Source: a virus (Duplodnaviria; Caudoviricetes). Taken from it: a stretch of 27,381 nucleotides of DNA. The stretch covers positions 1 to 27,381 of the IMG/VR virus record IMGVR_UViG_3300020044_004660; one strand, given 5' to 3'. Under the pieces are notes generated by a model. That model saw only the letters and a list, made by a program, of their open reading frames with translations, ran no database searches and was not told where the DNA came from. Every line of letters starts with the position of its first letter. Position 1 is the first letter of the stretch. Shown piece after piece: positions 25,828 through 27,381 of the stretch. Made by a program: the position numbers and the translations under genes.

Positions 25828-25883
25828 TCGGTATCGAGGGCACGATCACCCTACACCTATGGTTTTGACCCGACAAGCGGTCA

Positions 25884-25919
25884 GGGGGAGGGGGTGGACA
25901 AAGTGGATTGGGAGGGGGG
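25884..25919 (+). other. G-run tract (G5-A-G5-N15-G3-A-G6), potential G-quadruplex or packaging-region signal
   Basis: GGGGGAGGGGGTGGACAAAGTGGATTGGGAGGGGGG lies between the divergent arms. Confidence 0.4.
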
Positions 25920-25967
25920 CCGCTACTTTACCTATTGCTCATTTAACAAGTCCCATTTTTCAACATA

Positions 25968-26035
25968 TACACACGTCTACACACCTTATACATAACACTT
26001 GACAACCCGCATAAAACCCATAACATACACACCAT
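25968..26035 (+). promoter_or_regulatory. Late-operon promoter TTGACA-N16-TAACAT with TACACAC operator-like repeats
   Basis: -35 at 25999-26004, -10 at 26021-26026. TACACAC at 25968, 25978 and 26026. Matches 13667-13703. Confidence 0.75.
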
Positions 26036-26058
26036 ATCAACCCTATTTGGAGATTCAC

Positions 26059-26211
26059 ATGGCTACTAAACCTGGACTTTATGCAAACATCAACGCAAAG
26101 AAAGACCGCATGGCCGCTGGCTCTAAAGAGAAAATGCGCAAACCTGGTGATAAAGGTGCCCCTAGCAAAATGGACTTCATTAAGTCCGCTAAAACAGCTA
26201 AGAAAAAGTGA
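26059..26211 (+). CDS. Small highly basic phage protein (50 aa)
   Basis: MATKPGLYANINAKKDRMAAGSKEKMRKPGDKGAPSKMDFIKSAKTAKKK; GGAG RBS before ATG 26059. The track's TTG start at 25999 is the -35 box. Confidence 0.8.
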   Translation: MATKPGLYANINAKKDRMAAGSKEKMRKPGDKGAPSKMDFIKSAKTAKKK

Positions 26212-26333
26212 AGCGATACAACCTTCATTTACCTGAAGACTTGTTGGAAGCCCTGCGTGCGGAGTCCAAACGCACGGGGGCAACTGTGAGCGAGCTCATT
26301 AGGCGGGCGGTCATGGAGTACCTTAAGAAATGA
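26208..26333 (+). CDS. Ribbon-helix-helix (CopG/Arc/MetJ-like) DNA-binding protein, 41 aa (not in ORF track)
   Basis: MKRYNLHLPEDLLEALRAESKRTGATVSELIRRAVMEYLKK: alternating beta strand, helix, G-x-T-x-S-E-L-I-R turn, helix. GTGA and ATGA overlaps at the two ends. Confidence 0.85.
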   Translation: MKRYNLHLPEDLLEALRAESKRTGATVSELIRRAVMEYLKK

Positions 26334-26815
26334 ACAGTGATCTCATACACGTTAACCATTCAGAATTTGCAATGGCACCAGCGTCAAATGAGCCTCACGT
26401 CACTTTGGATATCCCGCCCCAGCTAGTGTGGGAGTGCGCAGCAGGACTTGAAGACCCAGCGTTGGTTGCATCCAGGTTTGGTTTTGAAGGTGAGAAGTGG
26501 GAGCGCTTATCGCAGTGGCCTCCATTTATCACAGCAGTGCAGACACAGCGTGCGGAGTTTGAGAGGAACGGAATGACGTTTCGCCTCAAAGCAGGCCTTA
26601 TGGCTGACGAAATGATGAGTCAGATGTTTAAGCAGGCTATCAGCATGGACACAACCATATTGCAAAAACTGTCTGTATTTAACAGTCTAGTGGATGTAGC
26701 GGGGCTAAAACCTGATAAAAAGGCTGTGGACACCAATACACAGCAGGCTCCTAAGTTTAGTATTACGATAAACTTTCCAAATCAGCAACCTACACCTGTG
26801 ACAATAGATGGCTAA
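26330..26815 (+). CDS. terS: Putative terminase small subunit
   Basis: 161 aa directly upstream of and overlapping terL; HTH-like N-terminus, helical middle and FSITINF C-terminal strand. The assignment is mainly positional. Confidence 0.6.
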   Translation: MNSDLIHVNHSEFAMAPASNEPHVTLDIPPQLVWECAAGLEDPALVASRFGFEGEKWERLSQWPPFITAVQTQRAEFERNGMTFRLKAGLMADEMMSQMFKQAISMDTTILQKLSVFNSLVDVAGLKPDKKAVDTNTQQAPKFSITINFPNQQPTPVTIDG

Positions 26816-27381
26816 TCTTGTATATACACCGCCGGTATCAATAGTTCCATTTTTAGCGTCGGACAAGTTTGCTAACTTTGTTGTAGGCCCCGTGGGTTCT
26901 ACAAAGACAACAGCATCACTAATCAAGATTGGTTATGAGGCTAAACGAGTTAAAGCTGGGCCCGACGGCATTCGAAAATCACGATGCGCTGTGATTCGTA
27001 ACACCCGCCAGATGCTGTGGGACACGACCATACCGGACTTCTTGAAGTGGTTTCCAGACGGGGAAGCTGGTTTGTTGGAAAAGACCAACAGCAAGTTTTT
27101 GCTTAAGTTTGACGACGTTGAGTGCGAGATTCTGTTTCGTGGACTTGACGATGCCAACGACGTAAGACGGTTACTGTCGTTGCAGTTGACGTTTGGCGTA
27201 ATGGACGAGTTTCGGGAGATTAACCCCGACATTTACAACGCACTGACGGGTCGTCTAGGTAGATACCCTGATAAAACAATGAATGGTGTGGGTGCTTGCG
27301 CAGATGACGGCACGCAGATTCACAAGGTATGGGGTGCTACCAACCCGCCCGATGGGGATACGTTTTGGGAAAAGATGCTGG
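26808..27381 (+). CDS. terL: Terminase large subunit, 3' truncated (not in ORF track)
   Basis: MANLVYTPP...VVGPVGSTKTT (Walker A)...AVIRNT..ML.DTTIP...LLSLQLTFGVMDEFRE (Walker B)...WGATNPP (motif III); open to the window end. Confidence 0.9.
   Translation, partial: MANLVYTPPVSIVPFLASDKFANFVVGPVGSTKTTASLIKIGYEAKRVKAGPDGIRKSRCAVIRNTRQMLWDTTIPDFLKWFPDGEAGLLEKTNSKFLLKFDDVECEILFRGLDDANDVRRLLSLQLTFGVMDEFREINPDIYNALTGRLGRYPDKTMNGVGACADDGTQIHKVWGATNPPDGDTFWEKML

Noticed and set aside
25936-25949. boxA-like TGCTCATTTAACAA on the + strand
   Set aside because: It has a 1-nt insertion and lies upstream of the predicted late promoter, so it would not be transcribed from it.
26886-26909. TerL Walker A GPVGSTKT deviating from GxxGxGKT as a sign of a pseudogene
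   Set aside because: The catalytic Lys-Thr, Walker B and motif III are intact and the frame is open; terminase Walker A motifs are often deviant.
1-27381. tRNA/rRNA genes, integrase, reverse transcriptase/DGR, alternative genetic code
   Set aside because: No such motifs were recognised, and coding density is high under the standard code with all three stop codons used.

Overview
This window is a large part of a tailed dsDNA phage genome (Caudoviricetes, probably podovirus-like; host cannot be determined from sequence, though the sigma70, boxA and IHF-like signals fit a proteobacterium). It has three blocks. (1) The + strand end of the late/structural operon (1-6002): a 5'-truncated >1800-aa polyvalent protein with zincin, ART-like, LPD23-like and PLxRFG-like modules, plus two small genes. 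(2) A long, tightly coupled - strand early/replication arm (6077-25540): primase-helicase (DUF927-like), Zn-binding SSB-like protein, SNF2 helicase, HNH, VRR-NUC, Cas4/RecB-like nuclease, family A DNA polymerase (Leu762 type), DUF3310, a MoxR AAA+/DUF3150-like/zincin-vWA/Nmad5-like cluster and many small hypothetical genes. (3) After a divergent control region, the start of the late operon (26059-end): a small basic protein, a ribbon-helix-helix protein and the small and large terminase subunits. Five genes absent from the ORF track were found by hand: 12839-12982, 15980-16072, 16955-17128, 26208-26333 and terL from 26808. The most notable non-coding structure is a shared promoter/operator (TTGACA-N16-TAACATACACACCAT) found both before the late operon and inside the replication arm, next to an RHH regulator gene. 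Other elements are an origin-like GAATATTC repeat array with an IHF consensus, a boxA-containing structured early leader, a loop-E hairpin RNA after the SSB gene and a G-run tract between the divergent arms. No integrase, tRNA or CRISPR was seen. Family names come from recognising motifs, not from database searches.
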